64,000 nt of DNA, from the NCBI GenBank assembly GCA_964588985.1, contig CAZPQW010000002.1, positions 128,001-192,000 on the forward strand, written 5' to 3'. Below are positions 21,120 to 30,793 of this stretch, in pieces. Position numbers and translations under genes: made by a program. A model generated the notes under the pieces. That model was given only the letters and a program-made list of their open reading frames with translations. It did no database searches and was not told the DNA's origin. This stretch comes from an uncultured Solirubrobacteraceae bacterium (lineage in GTDB: Bacteria > Actinomycetota > Thermoleophilia > Solirubrobacterales > Solirubrobacteraceae). Every line of letters starts with the position of its first letter. Positions within the stretch are counted from its first letter, which is position 1.

Positions 21120-22268
21120 ATGGACCAAGACATCTTCAGTGACAAAGCCCCCGGCCGACTCGTTTCCCACGATGGTCACCTGGCCTATGTGCCGGCGCCT
21201 CTGCCACCAACGCTCGACTTCACCCCAGAGTTGGTTGCGCACGTCAGCCGGGCCGCTAACAGCGTTGGCCTACTCGCTGGCACGGGGCGCAACCTCACGA
21301 ATCCGGCTCTCCTGATCTCGCCATACCTGCGTCGTGAGGCGGTTCTCAGCTCGCGGATCGAGGGAACGATGAGCACACTCGCGGACCTCTACGAGGACGA
21401 GGCGACTGGCAACGCCAAGGGCGATGTGCTCGAGGTGCGCAACTACCTGATGGCGCATGAAATGGGGCTCATGGCCTTGAAGGACCTGCCGCTCTGCCTG
21501 CGACTGCTGCGGAAAGTCCACAAGCACCTGATGCAGGGCGTCCGCGGTCATGAGCGCCATCCGGGGAGCTTCCGCTCCTATCAGAACTGGATCGGCGGCA
21601 CGCCAGGAGCCCCGATCGAGGAGGCGACGTATGTCCCTCCCCCCGTTACCGAGATGGAGGCTGCGCTCAGGGACTTCGAGGTCTTTCTGCACGACGAGAC
21701 GTTTCCCCCGTTGATAGTCGCCGCGCTCGCCCACTATCAATTCGAGGCGATCCACCCGTTCGGCGATGGCAACGGTCGTGTCGGCCGCCTACTGATCTCT
21801 CTGCTCCTGCATGAGCGCGGCCTGCTTCCACAACCCCTGCTCTACATCTCAGCCTACTTCGAGCGAAGCGGAGCTGAGTATTACGATCGGCTGCTCCGCG
21901 TCAGCACGCAGGGCGACTGGCTCGGCTGGCTCATCTACTTCTTGACCGGGGTCGAGGTCCAGGCCCAGGCCGCCGTGGATGACGCCGAGCGACTGCTCAA
22001 CCTCCAATCTCGCTATCACGACCTCCTGTCGGCGGCGCGAGCCCGGCAAACGGCGCACCAGCTTGTCGACCAGCTCTTCATCAATCCCTACGTCGTCGCT
22101 CCACGCGCGGCAGAGGCTCTCGGCGTCTCTGCTCCCACTGCTCGCGCAGCGATCCGGGACCTAGAAGCGCAGGGCATGCTGCGGGAGCTAACGGGCCGGA
22201 AATGGGGACAGTTGTTTCTGGCCGAAGAGGTGCTCGAGGCTGTGCGCGGCGGCACCGAAACCGACTAA
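21120..22268 (+). CDS. Fic family protein with C-terminal HTH
   Basis: [12 protein letters not shown] catalytic motif and SSRIEG inhibitory-helix motif. Confidence 0.95.
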   Translation: MDQDIFSDKAPGRLVSHDGHLAYVPAPLPPTLDFTPELVAHVSRAANSVGLLAGTGRNLTNPALLISPYLRREAVLSSRIEGTMSTLADLYEDEATGNAKGDVLEVRNYLMAHEMGLMALKDLPLCLRLLRKVHKHLMQGVRGHERHPGSFRSYQNWIGGTPGAPIEEATYVPPPVTEMEAALRDFEVFLHDETFPPLIVAALAHYQFEAIHPFGDGNGRVGRLLISLLLHERGLLPQPLLYISAYFERSGAEYYDRLLRVSTQGDWLGWLIYFLTGVEVQAQAAVDDAERLLNLQSRYHDLLSAARARQTAHQLVDQLFINPYVVAPRAAEALGVSAPTARAAIRDLEAQGMLRELTGRKWGQLFLAEEVLEAVRGGTETD

Positions 22269-22310
22269 ACAGCGGGTTTGAGCACTCGATCGGACCGCAT
22301 CGTCGGCCGC

Positions 22311-24128
22311 TCACCAAGCGTCGACGTTAGGCCGCTTCTTCCCCTCACGCCGCCACCACCCGTCGGCGTTATCGTCGAACAACGTGGCGATCCAGCGGCG
22401 CGAGTCGGCGGGGTCGATCACGTCGTCGATCTCGCCGTAGGCGGCCATGTTGACGCCGCGCCCGCGCTCATACGCCGCCGCGACGGTGGCCTGGAACACC
22501 CGCTCGCGCTCCTCCTCGTCCTCGATCGCCTCCAGCTCGCGCCTCATCCCGAGTCGCACCGCGCCCTCCAACCCCATACCGCCGAACTCCGAGGTGGGCC
22601 AGGCGACGGTGAACATCGGCGACTTGAAGCCGCCCGCCGCCATCGCCTGGGCGCCCAGCCCGTAGCCCTTGCGCAGCACGATCGTGCCCGTCGGCACGGT
22701 GAGGCTCGCGCCGCCGAGGAACATCCGCGCGAAGTGGCGCACCGTCGCGGTGCGCTCTGCCGCCGGTCCGACCATGAACCCCGGCGTGTCGCACAGGAAC
22801 AGCACGGGCAGCTCGAACGCGTCGCACAGCTGCATGAAGCGCGCGGCCTTGTCCGCCGCATCCGCGTCGATCGCCCCGCCGAGGTGTGTGGGGTCGTTCG
22901 CGACCACGCCGAGCGGGCGGCCGTCGACGCGCGCGAGTGCGGTGACCATGCCCGCGCCGAAGCCGTCGCGCAGCTCCAGCACCGAGCCCTCGTCGAACAG
23001 GGTGCGCACGACCGTGCGCACCTGATAGGCGCGCTTGCGCTGCTCGGGGATCAGCTCGCGCAGCTGGCGCTGGTCCGGAATGGCGCCCGGCTCGCTGGCG
23101 CCGCTGAAGTAGGACAGATAGCGCTTGGCGGCGGCGACCGCGTGTCGTTCGTCGGCCACGCGCAGATCGACGACGCCGTTTGCGTGCTGCACGTCGATCG
23201 GGCCGACCTCAGAGGGGTGGTGCACGCCCAGCCCGCCGCCCTCGATCATCGCCGGGCCGCCCATGCCGATGCTCGAGTCCTCCGTGGCGATCACCACGTC
23301 GCAGCAGCCGAGCAGCGCGGCGTTGCCCGCGAAGCAGTAGCCCGATGCGATCCCCACCAGCGGCACGAGCCCGCTCAGCGACGCGAACAGTGCGAATGCA
23401 CGGCAGTCCAGGCCCGCGACGATCGGCATGTCAACGTCCCCCGGGCGTCCACCGCCGCCCTCGGCGAACAGCACCACCGGCAGTTTGCGCCGCTCGGCGA
23501 TCTCGAACAGGCGGTCCTTCTTGAGGTGGTTGCGCATGCCCTGCGTGCCCGCGAGCACCGTGTAGTCGTAGGACATCACCACGCACGGCCTGCCTTCCAC
23601 CTCGCCGATCCCGCCGACCAGCCCGTCGGCGGGGGTGCGCGCGATCAGCTCCTCGCGCGAGCGTCGCATCTCCTGCGCGGCGAACAGCAGCGGCCCGTAC
23701 TCCACGAACGTGCCCTCGTCCACGAGGTCCGCGAGGTTCTCGCGCGCTGTGCGTCTGCCCGCGTCGTGGCGGCGCGCCACCGCCTCGCCGCGCGCCGCGT
23801 CGAGGCCGATCTCATGGCGCTCGCGCACCGCCGCCAGATCCGCGCGCTTGCCGCTCGCCGCGGCCTGCGTGGGCTCGACAGTGCCTGCTCCGCTCCCGCC
23901 GGGCTCCAAAACGAGCAGCAACTGATCCTCCTCGACGCTCTCGCCGACCTCCACGGCAACCTGCACCACGATCCCGTCGATCTCCGCGAGCACCTCGTGC
24001 TCCATCTTCATCGCCTCCAGCACCACCACCGCGGTGCCCGCGCCGACGTGCCTGTCGGCTGCGTGGGGGAGCGCGACCACCACCCCCGCGAAGGGGGCGG
24101 TCACCGAGACCGTCGCGGTCGAGGCCAT
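22311..24128 (-). CDS. Biotinyl-carrier + carboxyltransferase fusion protein
   Basis: EAMKM biotinylation motif at the N-terminus; CT motifs EGGGGRP, GYCFAGNA and DTPGFMVG. Confidence 0.92.
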   Translation of the reverse strand: MASTATVSVTAPFAGVVVALPHAADRHVGAGTAVVVLEAMKMEHEVLAEIDGIVVQVAVEVGESVEEDQLLLVLEPGGSGAGTVEPTQAAASGKRADLAAVRERHEIGLDAARGEAVARRHDAGRRTARENLADLVDEGTFVEYGPLLFAAQEMRRSREELIARTPADGLVGGIGEVEGRPCVVMSYDYTVLAGTQGMRNHLKKDRLFEIAERRKLPVVLFAEGGGGRPGDVDMPIVAGLDCRAFALFASLSGLVPLVGIASGYCFAGNAALLGCCDVVIATEDSSIGMGGPAMIEGGGLGVHHPSEVGPIDVQHANGVVDLRVADERHAVAAAKRYLSYFSGASEPGAIPDQRQLRELIPEQRKRAYQVRTVVRTLFDEGSVLELRDGFGAGMVTALARVDGRPLGVVANDPTHLGGAIDADAADKAARFMQLCDAFELPVLFLCDTPGFMVGPAAERTATVRHFARMFLGGASLTVPTGTIVLRKGYGLGAQAMAAGGFKSPMFTVAWPTSEFGGMGLEGAVRLGMRRELEAIEDEEERERVFQATVAAAYERGRGVNMAAYGEIDDVIDPADSRRWIATLFDDNADGWWRREGKKRPNVDAW

Positions 24129-24224
24129 CGTCAGATCATCGCTCACGCGCAGCGCCGTGGTCGGGCGGCTGCCGCGTGGCTTCGATCAAGCGCCGCGGCA
24201 CGGGCAGGAACTAGCATGCGGGCC

Positions 24225-24944
24225 GTGGCAGCCGAGACCAGCGAGCAGTCGGCCTCCGCCCGGCGAGAGGCCCTCAAGGAGGTCTTCGCGCAGGCGCGCA
24301 ACTGCACCCGCTGCGCCGAGCTGGCCGCCACGCGCACGAACGTCGTCTTCGGGGCGGGCAACGCCGACGCGGAGCTGATGTTCATCGGCGAGGCGCCCGG
24401 AGCCAGCGAGGACGAGCAGGGGGTTCCCTTCGTCGGACGCGCGGGCAAACTGCTCGAGAAGCTGCTCGAAGAGATCGACATCGAGCGCAAGGACGTGTTC
24501 ATCGCCAACACGCTCAAGTGCAGGCCCCCCGGCAACCGCGACCCGCTCCCGGTCGAGCTGGACAACTGCCACGAGTACCTGCTGCGCCAGGTCGAGCTGA
24601 TCCAGCCGACGGTGATCTGCACGCTCGGCAACTTCTCCACCAAGCTCCTGCGCGGTGACCCCACCGGAATCACGCGCCTGCACGGTCAACCGGAGGTGCT
24701 GGTCCTAGGCAGGCGCGCAGTGCGCCTCTATCCGATCTACCACCCCGCGGCTGCTCTCTACACGCCGAGCATGCTCGAGACGCTGCGCGAGGACTTCGCC
24801 CGCCTGCCCGGGTTGCTCGCAGAGGGCGCACCCGAGCAGCCGCAGGAGATCCCCGAGCCGGCCGCGGCCGAACCGGCGCCGACAGCTGAGATCGAGAGCG
24901 CGCTGACGGCGGAGTCCGAGGCGGACCAGCTCGGGCTTTTCTGA
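24225..24944 (+). CDS. Uracil-DNA glycosylase family 4
   Basis: [24 protein letters not shown] and HPAA motifs. Confidence 0.93.
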   Translation: MAAETSEQSASARREALKEVFAQARNCTRCAELAATRTNVVFGAGNADAELMFIGEAPGASEDEQGVPFVGRAGKLLEKLLEEIDIERKDVFIANTLKCRPPGNRDPLPVELDNCHEYLLRQVELIQPTVICTLGNFSTKLLRGDPTGITRLHGQPEVLVLGRRAVRLYPIYHPAAALYTPSMLETLREDFARLPGLLAEGAPEQPQEIPEPAAAEPAPTAEIESALTAESEADQLGLF

Positions 24945-25037
24945 AGCGTCCAGCGGCCGTCCAACGCGTGTCCAGCGCAAATTTCCCTGCAAAGGAGGGG
25001 TTTTCGCTTGGAGGACGAAAAGAACTTCGCTGGGTCC

Positions 25038-25065
25038 TAAAGTCAGGCATGGACGCTGCCGATAC
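25038..25065 (+). promoter_or_regulatory. Sigma-28 (FliA/SigD/WhiG)-type promoter
   Basis: TAAA-N16-GCCGATAC. Confidence 0.6.
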
Positions 25066-25069
25066 AGAT

Positions 25070-25135
25070 CCTGTCTCCATCCCTCCAGGAGTAACGACCG
25101 GCCCGCGCACCATTCTCCCGCGGGTCGGTCTCTTT
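25070..25135 (+). ncRNA. Candidate small RNA, CU-rich, ending in an intrinsic terminator
   Basis: Lies between the sigma-28-like promoter and a 12-bp hairpin (25096-25130) followed by TCTTT; no ORF of its own. Confidence 0.45.
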
Positions 25136-25156
25136 AACGGCCAGTACAGTCTCGGC

Positions 25157-25606
25157 GTGGCCGCGCGAAGCATCGACACCACCGGTCCCGCGGAGACCGA
25201 AGCGATCGGTGCGGAGCTCGCCGACGGGCTGGCCGACGGGGACATCGTGCTCATCCGAGGGGAGCTCGGGGCGGGCAAGACCACGCTCGTGCGCGGCGCC
25301 GCTCGCGCTCTCGGGGTCAGCGACCCCGTCACCAGCCCCACGTTCTCCATCGGGCATCGCTACCGCGGGCGCGACGTGATCGTCTCGCACCTAGACCTCT
25401 ACCGGCTGGCGGGCCTCGAACAGGAGGACCCCGAACTGCTCGCCGACTATCTCGGTCCCGGGCGGATCGCGTTCGTGGAGTGGCCCGAGGACGGCGGGCG
25501 CGAGCTCGCCGGCGCGCGCGTGCGCATCAGCTTGAGCCACGGCGGGGGCGATCGCCGGCACATCGAGATCGACGGCGCATGCGCCCAGGAGGGCGAGCGA
25601 CCGTGA
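25157..25606 (+). CDS. tsaE: t6A biosynthesis ATPase TsaE
   Basis: GELGAGKT, SPTF, HLDLYRL and VEW. Confidence 0.95.
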   Translation: MAARSIDTTGPAETEAIGAELADGLADGDIVLIRGELGAGKTTLVRGAARALGVSDPVTSPTFSIGHRYRGRDVIVSHLDLYRLAGLEQEDPELLADYLGPGRIAFVEWPEDGGRELAGARVRISLSHGGGDRRHIEIDGACAQEGERP

Positions 25607-26370
25607 AAGTGCTCGGTCTCGACACTGCGACCGCGGCGACCGCGGTGGCGTTGCGCCTCGCGGACGGCACCACCACGCAGGCCCGCGACGATCCACGCCC
25701 CGGAGAGCATCCCGGGCACGCGACCAGGCTGCTGGAGATGGCCGGCGAGCTGCTCGTGGAGGCGGGCGTGGGCTGGCGCGAGATCGACCGGATCGCCGTG
25801 GGCGTCGGTCCGGGCGGGTTCACCGGGCTGCGTGTGGGGATCGCCACCGCTCGCGGACTCGCGCAGTCGCTGTCGGCGGAGCTCGTCGGGGTCTCGAGCA
25901 TGCGGGCGCTCGCCCACGCCGCGCTGGCCGGTGAAGAGGACGGGGGCGCAGACTCGATTCTCGCGGTGATCGACGCGCGCAGGGGAGAGGTGTTCGCGGC
26001 CGCTTACGAGGGACCGGCCGGCCGCTCCTCCGAAGTCGGGGCGGCGATCGAGCTGATCGCGCCAAGCGCGCTCGCGCCGGATGACCTGTCGAGCGTGATC
26101 GCGCGGTCCCAGCAGGGGGATGGGGATCGCGTACGCCGGTGGCTCGCGGTTGGAGACGGGGCGCTGCGCTACCCCGACGCGGTTCGCACGACCGGGGTGC
26201 GGGCGGCCGCCACCGATTCGCCGTTGCACCTGGTGAGCGCCGCCGCGATCTGCGAGCTCGGCGTCCATACGAAGCCGGCGACCTCCTGGGAGGAGATCGT
26301 TCCCGACTACCGGCGTCGCCCGGATGCGGAGCTAGCCTTGGAGGCAGCAGGGGCACGGAGGGCCCTTTGA
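25603..26370 (+). CDS. tsaB: t6A biosynthesis protein TsaB
   Basis: LGLDTAT, GPGGFTGLRVG and DARRGEV. Confidence 0.95.
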   Translation: MKVLGLDTATAATAVALRLADGTTTQARDDPRPGEHPGHATRLLEMAGELLVEAGVGWREIDRIAVGVGPGGFTGLRVGIATARGLAQSLSAELVGVSSMRALAHAALAGEEDGGADSILAVIDARRGEVFAAAYEGPAGRSSEVGAAIELIAPSALAPDDLSSVIARSQQGDGDRVRRWLAVGDGALRYPDAVRTTGVRAAATDSPLHLVSAAAICELGVHTKPATSWEEIVPDYRRRPDAELALEAAGARRAL

Positions 26371-26372
26371 CC

Positions 26373-26909
26373 ATGAACGAGCGATTCGCCGCCCAGCATC
26401 CGGTCGATCACGAGCCGTCGGTTGAGATCCGGCGGCTCAGCTATCCCGACCTGCCACAGGTGATCGCGATCGAGCGTCGCGTGTTCCCGACGCCGTGGTC
26501 GCTCGCGATGTTCGTGCTCGAGCTCTCCAAGCCCTCGGGAGTGTGCCTCGCGGCGGTTGGCGAGCGGGGACTCGTGGGGTATCTGATCTGCTCGCGCTAC
26601 GACACCGTCTGGCATGTGATGAACGTGGCCGTGGACATCGAGCATCAGCACATGGGTCTCGCGTCGGCGATGCTCGCGGAGCTGTACGAGCGGGTCGAGG
26701 ACGACCTCGCGCGCTTCACGCTCGAGGTGCGCCCGTCGAACACCGTCGCGATCCACCTGTACGAGCGCGAGGGGTTTCGCGCGGCGGGGATGCGCCGGCG
26801 CTACTACCAGGACAACGGCGAGGACGCCCTCGTGATGTGGCGCACGCCCGCCACGCTCGCGGGGTCCCTCGAGGACGTGCCAAACCCCGGGCCGGTGGGA
26901 CCCATTTGA
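26373..26909 (+). CDS. rimI: Ribosomal-protein alanine N-acetyltransferase
   Basis: LEVRPSN..AI.LY...GF...G.RR.YY...EDA; lies between tsaB and tsaD. Confidence 0.92.
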   Translation: MNERFAAQHPVDHEPSVEIRRLSYPDLPQVIAIERRVFPTPWSLAMFVLELSKPSGVCLAAVGERGLVGYLICSRYDTVWHVMNVAVDIEHQHMGLASAMLAELYERVEDDLARFTLEVRPSNTVAIHLYEREGFRAAGMRRRYYQDNGEDALVMWRTPATLAGSLEDVPNPGPVGPI

Positions 26910-27970
26910 CGATCCTCGCGCTCGAGAGCAGCTGCGACGACACGTGCGCCGCGGTGATCGACATGGACGGGCTGATGCGCTCGAACGTGATCTCCTCCCA
27001 GCACGTGCACGATCGCTTCGGCGGCGTCGTGCCGGAGATCGCCTCGCGCCATCACCTCGAGATCGTGGGCGCGGTCGTCGCCCAGGCGTTGAGTGAGGCC
27101 GACGCGACCCTCGACGACGTGGAGCTGGTGGCGGCGACACAGGGGCCGGGGCTGGTGGGCGCGTTGCTGGTGGGGCTCTCCACGGCGAAGGCGATCGCCG
27201 CCGCGCGTGAGCTGCCGTTCGCGGCGGTCGACCATCTGCAGGGGCACGTGGCCGCGAACTTCCTGCGCGGGACCCAGCCTGCGGATGGCGCCGTCGCCGA
27301 AGACGGCCCGTTCGAGCCGCCGTTCCTGTGCCTGATCGCCAGCGGCGGGCACACGCTGCTCGCGCACGTGACCGAGCACGACGGCTTCGAGGTGCTCGGC
27401 CGCACCCTCGACGACGCCGCGGGGGAGGCCTTCGACAAGGGCGCGCGGATGCTCGGGCTGGGCTTCCCGGGAGGGGCGGCGCTTGAACGGCTCGCCGCCG
27501 ACGGCGATCCGCGGGCGTTCCACTTCCCGGGCGCGCGCGGCGAACGCTCCCAGGGCGCACGTGGGGCGGGCCGCAAGGCGTTCGCCCAGGGCCTGGACTT
27601 CTCCTTCGCGGGCGTCAAGACCGCGCTGCTCTACGCGTTGCGCGACCTGTCGGAGGCCGAGGCGAAGGACCGTGCGGCGGATCTCGCCGCCTCCTACCAG
27701 CACGCGATCGTGGACAGCCTGATCGCGCGCACCGAACGCGCGCTCGAGCGCACCGGCATCGATCGGCTGGCCGTTGGCGGCGGCGTGGCCGCGAACGGCG
27801 AGCTGCGCAGACGCCTGCACCAGCTCGGGGTGAGCCTGCACGTGCCGACTCGTGCGCTGTGCACCGACAACGCCGCGATGATCGCGAGCGCGGCGCGCTA
27901 CGTCGAGCGGCTGCCCTACCCGCGGTACCTGACGCTCGACGCCTACGCGACCGGGGAGCGGCCGCGGTGA
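26906..27970 (+). CDS. tsaD: t6A biosynthesis protein TsaD
   Basis: ESSCDDT, GGVVPEIASR, H...H, SGGHT, DDAAGEAFDK and CTDNAAMI. Confidence 0.96.
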   Translation: MTILALESSCDDTCAAVIDMDGLMRSNVISSQHVHDRFGGVVPEIASRHHLEIVGAVVAQALSEADATLDDVELVAATQGPGLVGALLVGLSTAKAIAAARELPFAAVDHLQGHVAANFLRGTQPADGAVAEDGPFEPPFLCLIASGGHTLLAHVTEHDGFEVLGRTLDDAAGEAFDKGARMLGLGFPGGAALERLAADGDPRAFHFPGARGERSQGARGAGRKAFAQGLDFSFAGVKTALLYALRDLSEAEAKDRAADLAASYQHAIVDSLIARTERALERTGIDRLAVGGGVAANGELRRRLHQLGVSLHVPTRALCTDNAAMIASAARYVERLPYPRYLTLDAYATGERPR

Positions 27971-28209
27971 GGACGCTCACGGTGTACTCCAAGCCCGACT
28001 GCCACCTGTGCGAGGACGCGATCGCGGTGCTGGAAGGCCTGCGCTCGCAGCTCGACTTCGAGCTGGTCGAGCTCGACATCACCGCTGACGATGCGCTCCA
28101 TCGCGCGTATTTCGAGCGGATTCCGGTGCTCGAGCTCGACGGTGAGGAGCTGTGCGAGTTCTTCGTCGATGAGGCCCTCGTGCGCGAGCGTCTAGAGTCA
28201 CGACGATGA
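27967..28209 (+). CDS. Glutaredoxin-like protein (DUF836 type)
   Basis: YSKPDCHLC and IPV. Confidence 0.88.
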   Translation: MRTLTVYSKPDCHLCEDAIAVLEGLRSQLDFELVELDITADDALHRAYFERIPVLELDGEELCEFFVDEALVRERLESRR

Positions 28210-28886
28210 GCTACGGAGAACCGACCGCAGGCGCCCTGGAGGCCGAGCGCGACGCGCCGAGCGTTCTCGGCGAGCGCCTGTCACTCGGTGTGGCCGCGCG
28301 CCTGTCGCGCTACCTGCAGGTGCTCACGCAGGCTAAGAAGATGGGCAAGGAGACGATCTCCTCGCAGGAGCTCTCCGACTACACGCACGTCAACTCCACG
28401 CAGATCCGCCGTGACCTTTCCGGCTTCGGGAAGTTCGGCAAGCGCGGCGTCGGCTACAACGTCGAGGCGCTCGTATCCCAGATCCGCAAGATCCTGCGCA
28501 CCGCCGGCCAGCACAACATCGCGCTGATCGGCGCGGGGCACCTCGGCAAGGCGATCGCCTCCTCAGAAATCTTCGCCGACCACGGTTTTCGGGTGGTCGC
28601 GATCTTCGACAACGACGACCCCAAGGTCGGCACGCAGGTCGGCAGCCAGACGGTGCGCCACATCGACGAACTGCGCCAGGTGGTGGAGGACGAGGACATC
28701 GTGGTGGGCGTGCTGGCGGTGCCCAACCACGCCGCCCAGGGGCTCGCCGACGAGCTCGTCGCGGCGGGCGTGAAGATCATCTTCAACTACTCCGAGATGC
28801 TGCTTGACGTGCCGCCCGAGGTGACCGTCCACACCTCCAGTCCGGCGGTCGATCTGCTCTACGCGCTGTACTTCTATCTGACCTGA
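28206..28886 (+). CDS. rex: Redox-sensing repressor Rex
   Basis: RLSRY, QIRRDLS.FG.FGKRGVGY and GAGHLG. Confidence 0.96.
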   Translation: MSYGEPTAGALEAERDAPSVLGERLSLGVAARLSRYLQVLTQAKKMGKETISSQELSDYTHVNSTQIRRDLSGFGKFGKRGVGYNVEALVSQIRKILRTAGQHNIALIGAGHLGKAIASSEIFADHGFRVVAIFDNDDPKVGTQVGSQTVRHIDELRQVVEDEDIVVGVLAVPNHAAQGLADELVAAGVKIIFNYSEMLLDVPPEVTVHTSSPAVDLLYALYFYLT

Positions 28887-28952
28887 TGTCCCCCGCACGC
28901 CCGAGCGTGCGCCACACTTGGACACCCACAGATTCTTCGCCCGTAGACCGAA

Positions 28953-30101
28953 ATGACCAGCCTGGATCTAAACCAAGCGGAAGCGACATTTGCCGAAGCC
29001 GCCGATTTCACAGTCGGCGTCGAGGAGGAGTTCGCGCTCCTGGACCCGGAGACGCTCGACCTGACGCCCCAGTTCGAGTCTCTACGCGACGCCGCTCAGA
29101 GCGATCCGCTGCTGCATTCGCACATCACAGGCGAGCTGATCTCCTCGGAGATAGAGATAATCTCGGGCGTCGGCGTCGACCTTCACGACGCGCTCAGCCG
29201 CCAGCGCGAGCGGCGCCGACGGCTGTTCGCGTTCGCCGCGTCGCACGGCGTCGCGCTCGGCGCGACCGGCACCCATCCGTGGGCCGACTATCGCGAGCAG
29301 CCGATCATCGACACCGAGCACTACCGCCGCGTCGAGGACGGGCTCAAATACGTCGCGTGGCGCAACAACACGTTCAGCCTGCACGTCCACCTCGGCGTGC
29401 GCGACCTCGATCGCGCCGTGCGCGTGTGCGACCGCCTGCGCCCGGTGCTCCCGCTGCTGCTGGCGATCTCCGCCAACTCGCCGTACCTCGACGGGCGCAA
29501 CAGCGGCCTTCACTCGGCGCGCACGCAGAGCTTCACCAAGAGCTTCCCGCGCTGCGGCGTGCCGGATGCGTTCGGTGGATGGCGCGCCTACCGCGAGTAC
29601 ATCGAGTTCCTGCAGCGGACGAGCTCGATCGTCGAGTTCACCCAGGTCTGGTGGTCGGTCAGGCCGCACTTCAGCTTCGGCACCGTGGAGGTCCGCATCT
29701 GCGATGCGCAGGCGAACGCCCAGGAGGCCGACGCGCTCGCCTCGCTGATCGTCGCGTGCATCGCCCAGGCGACCCGCGACGTGGACGAGGGGGTCCCGTT
29801 CGTCGACCCCGCGCCGCGTCTGATCGAGGAGAACATGTGGCGCGCGATCCGCTTCGGCATGGATGGGAAGCTGATCGACCTCGAGCGCGCGGAGGAGTAC
29901 GAGGCGCGCGCGGCGGTCGAGCGGCTCGGCGCTTGGACGGCGCCGGTTCGCGCGGAGCTTGGAATCGACCTCGTATTCCCCGAGCGCAACGGCGCCCAGC
30001 GCCAGCGGCAGATGATCGACGCGGGCGCGACCCGCGAGGAGGTGTACGCGGCGAGCGTCGCGGAGACCAGGCATACCTACTCTGAGGAGGTGGCGGTTTG
30101 A
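28953..30101 (+). CDS. YbdK/GCS2 family carboxylate-amine ligase
   Basis: VGVEEE, GTHP, LHVHLG, SANSP and WWSVRP...GTVEVRICD. Confidence 0.93.
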   Translation: MTSLDLNQAEATFAEAADFTVGVEEEFALLDPETLDLTPQFESLRDAAQSDPLLHSHITGELISSEIEIISGVGVDLHDALSRQRERRRRLFAFAASHGVALGATGTHPWADYREQPIIDTEHYRRVEDGLKYVAWRNNTFSLHVHLGVRDLDRAVRVCDRLRPVLPLLLAISANSPYLDGRNSGLHSARTQSFTKSFPRCGVPDAFGGWRAYREYIEFLQRTSSIVEFTQVWWSVRPHFSFGTVEVRICDAQANAQEADALASLIVACIAQATRDVDEGVPFVDPAPRLIEENMWRAIRFGMDGKLIDLERAEEYEARAAVERLGAWTAPVRAELGIDLVFPERNGAQRQRQMIDAGATREEVYAASVAETRHTYSEEVAV

Positions 30102-30634
30102 GCGCACACGAGACCGGCGGTCCAGGCGACCCAGGGCAGGTCCCGCCCGCGGGACCGGGTCAGCCGACCGAGGAGGAGCTGAGGGCGGCCTACGAGGCCG
30201 AGCTGAGCCGCATCACCACGACCGACATGATCGCCCAGGCGACGGTGTCGCTGCTGAACCTCGGCGCTCGGCGCCTCGGACCGCCACCGTCGGCCCCGGG
30301 TCAACCCGACGCCCCCGGCGATCCGGCCGCCGGCCGCGATCTCGAGCAGGCGCGCGACGCGATCGACGCCGCGCGAGCGCTGCTCGCGATCCTCGAGCGC
30401 ACGATCCCGCAGGAGCTGAAACCTCTGCGCGACGCGCTCTCCCAGCTGCAGATGGCCTACGCGCGGGAGATCCAGGCGACCCCCGCCGAGGCTCGTCCTG
30501 CGCCTGTTGCCAACCCCGCGGCCGCTGCGCAGGGGACACCCGCGGAGAAGAACGGCGCGCCCGGCGGAGAGGCGGCTCCGGGGGGTCCGGGGCCGGCGCA
30601 GGCCAGCGGAAGGCTGTGGGTGCCGGGCAGCTGA
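30098..30634 (+). CDS. Conserved hypothetical protein (DUF1844-like helical)
   Basis: Coupled to the upstream gene; DLEQARDAIDA..ALL and LSQLQMAY. Confidence 0.65.
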   Translation: MSAHETGGPGDPGQVPPAGPGQPTEEELRAAYEAELSRITTTDMIAQATVSLLNLGARRLGPPPSAPGQPDAPGDPAAGRDLEQARDAIDAARALLAILERTIPQELKPLRDALSQLQMAYAREIQATPAEARPAPVANPAAAAQGTPAEKNGAPGGEAAPGGPGPAQASGRLWVPGS

Positions 30635-30793
30635 GGCCCGCCTGAGGCCCGGCGAGCAGCCTTTCCGCGGCTCGGCACGCTAGACTCCGCCCCGCGTTTG
30701 CACCGGATCAAGCTCGCCCTGAGCGATCCGGCCGCTAAATGTGCGCGCGACGATCCTCGCGCGGCACGCAAATCAGACCGCGGAGGATTTCTG

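Noticed and set aside
25131-25140. Identical TCTTTAACGG after the hairpins at 25131 and 53597
   Set aside because: Only 10 bp, mostly terminator U-tract, and the hairpins are unrelated; probably chance.
24968-25156. 63-codon N-terminal extension of tsaE in the ORF track
   Set aside because: It is not TsaE-like and spans a promoter and terminator. The GTG at 25157 has its own -10.
28150-28960. Rex operator near rex or ybdK
   Set aside because: No TTGTGAA-N4-TTCACAA-like palindrome seen.
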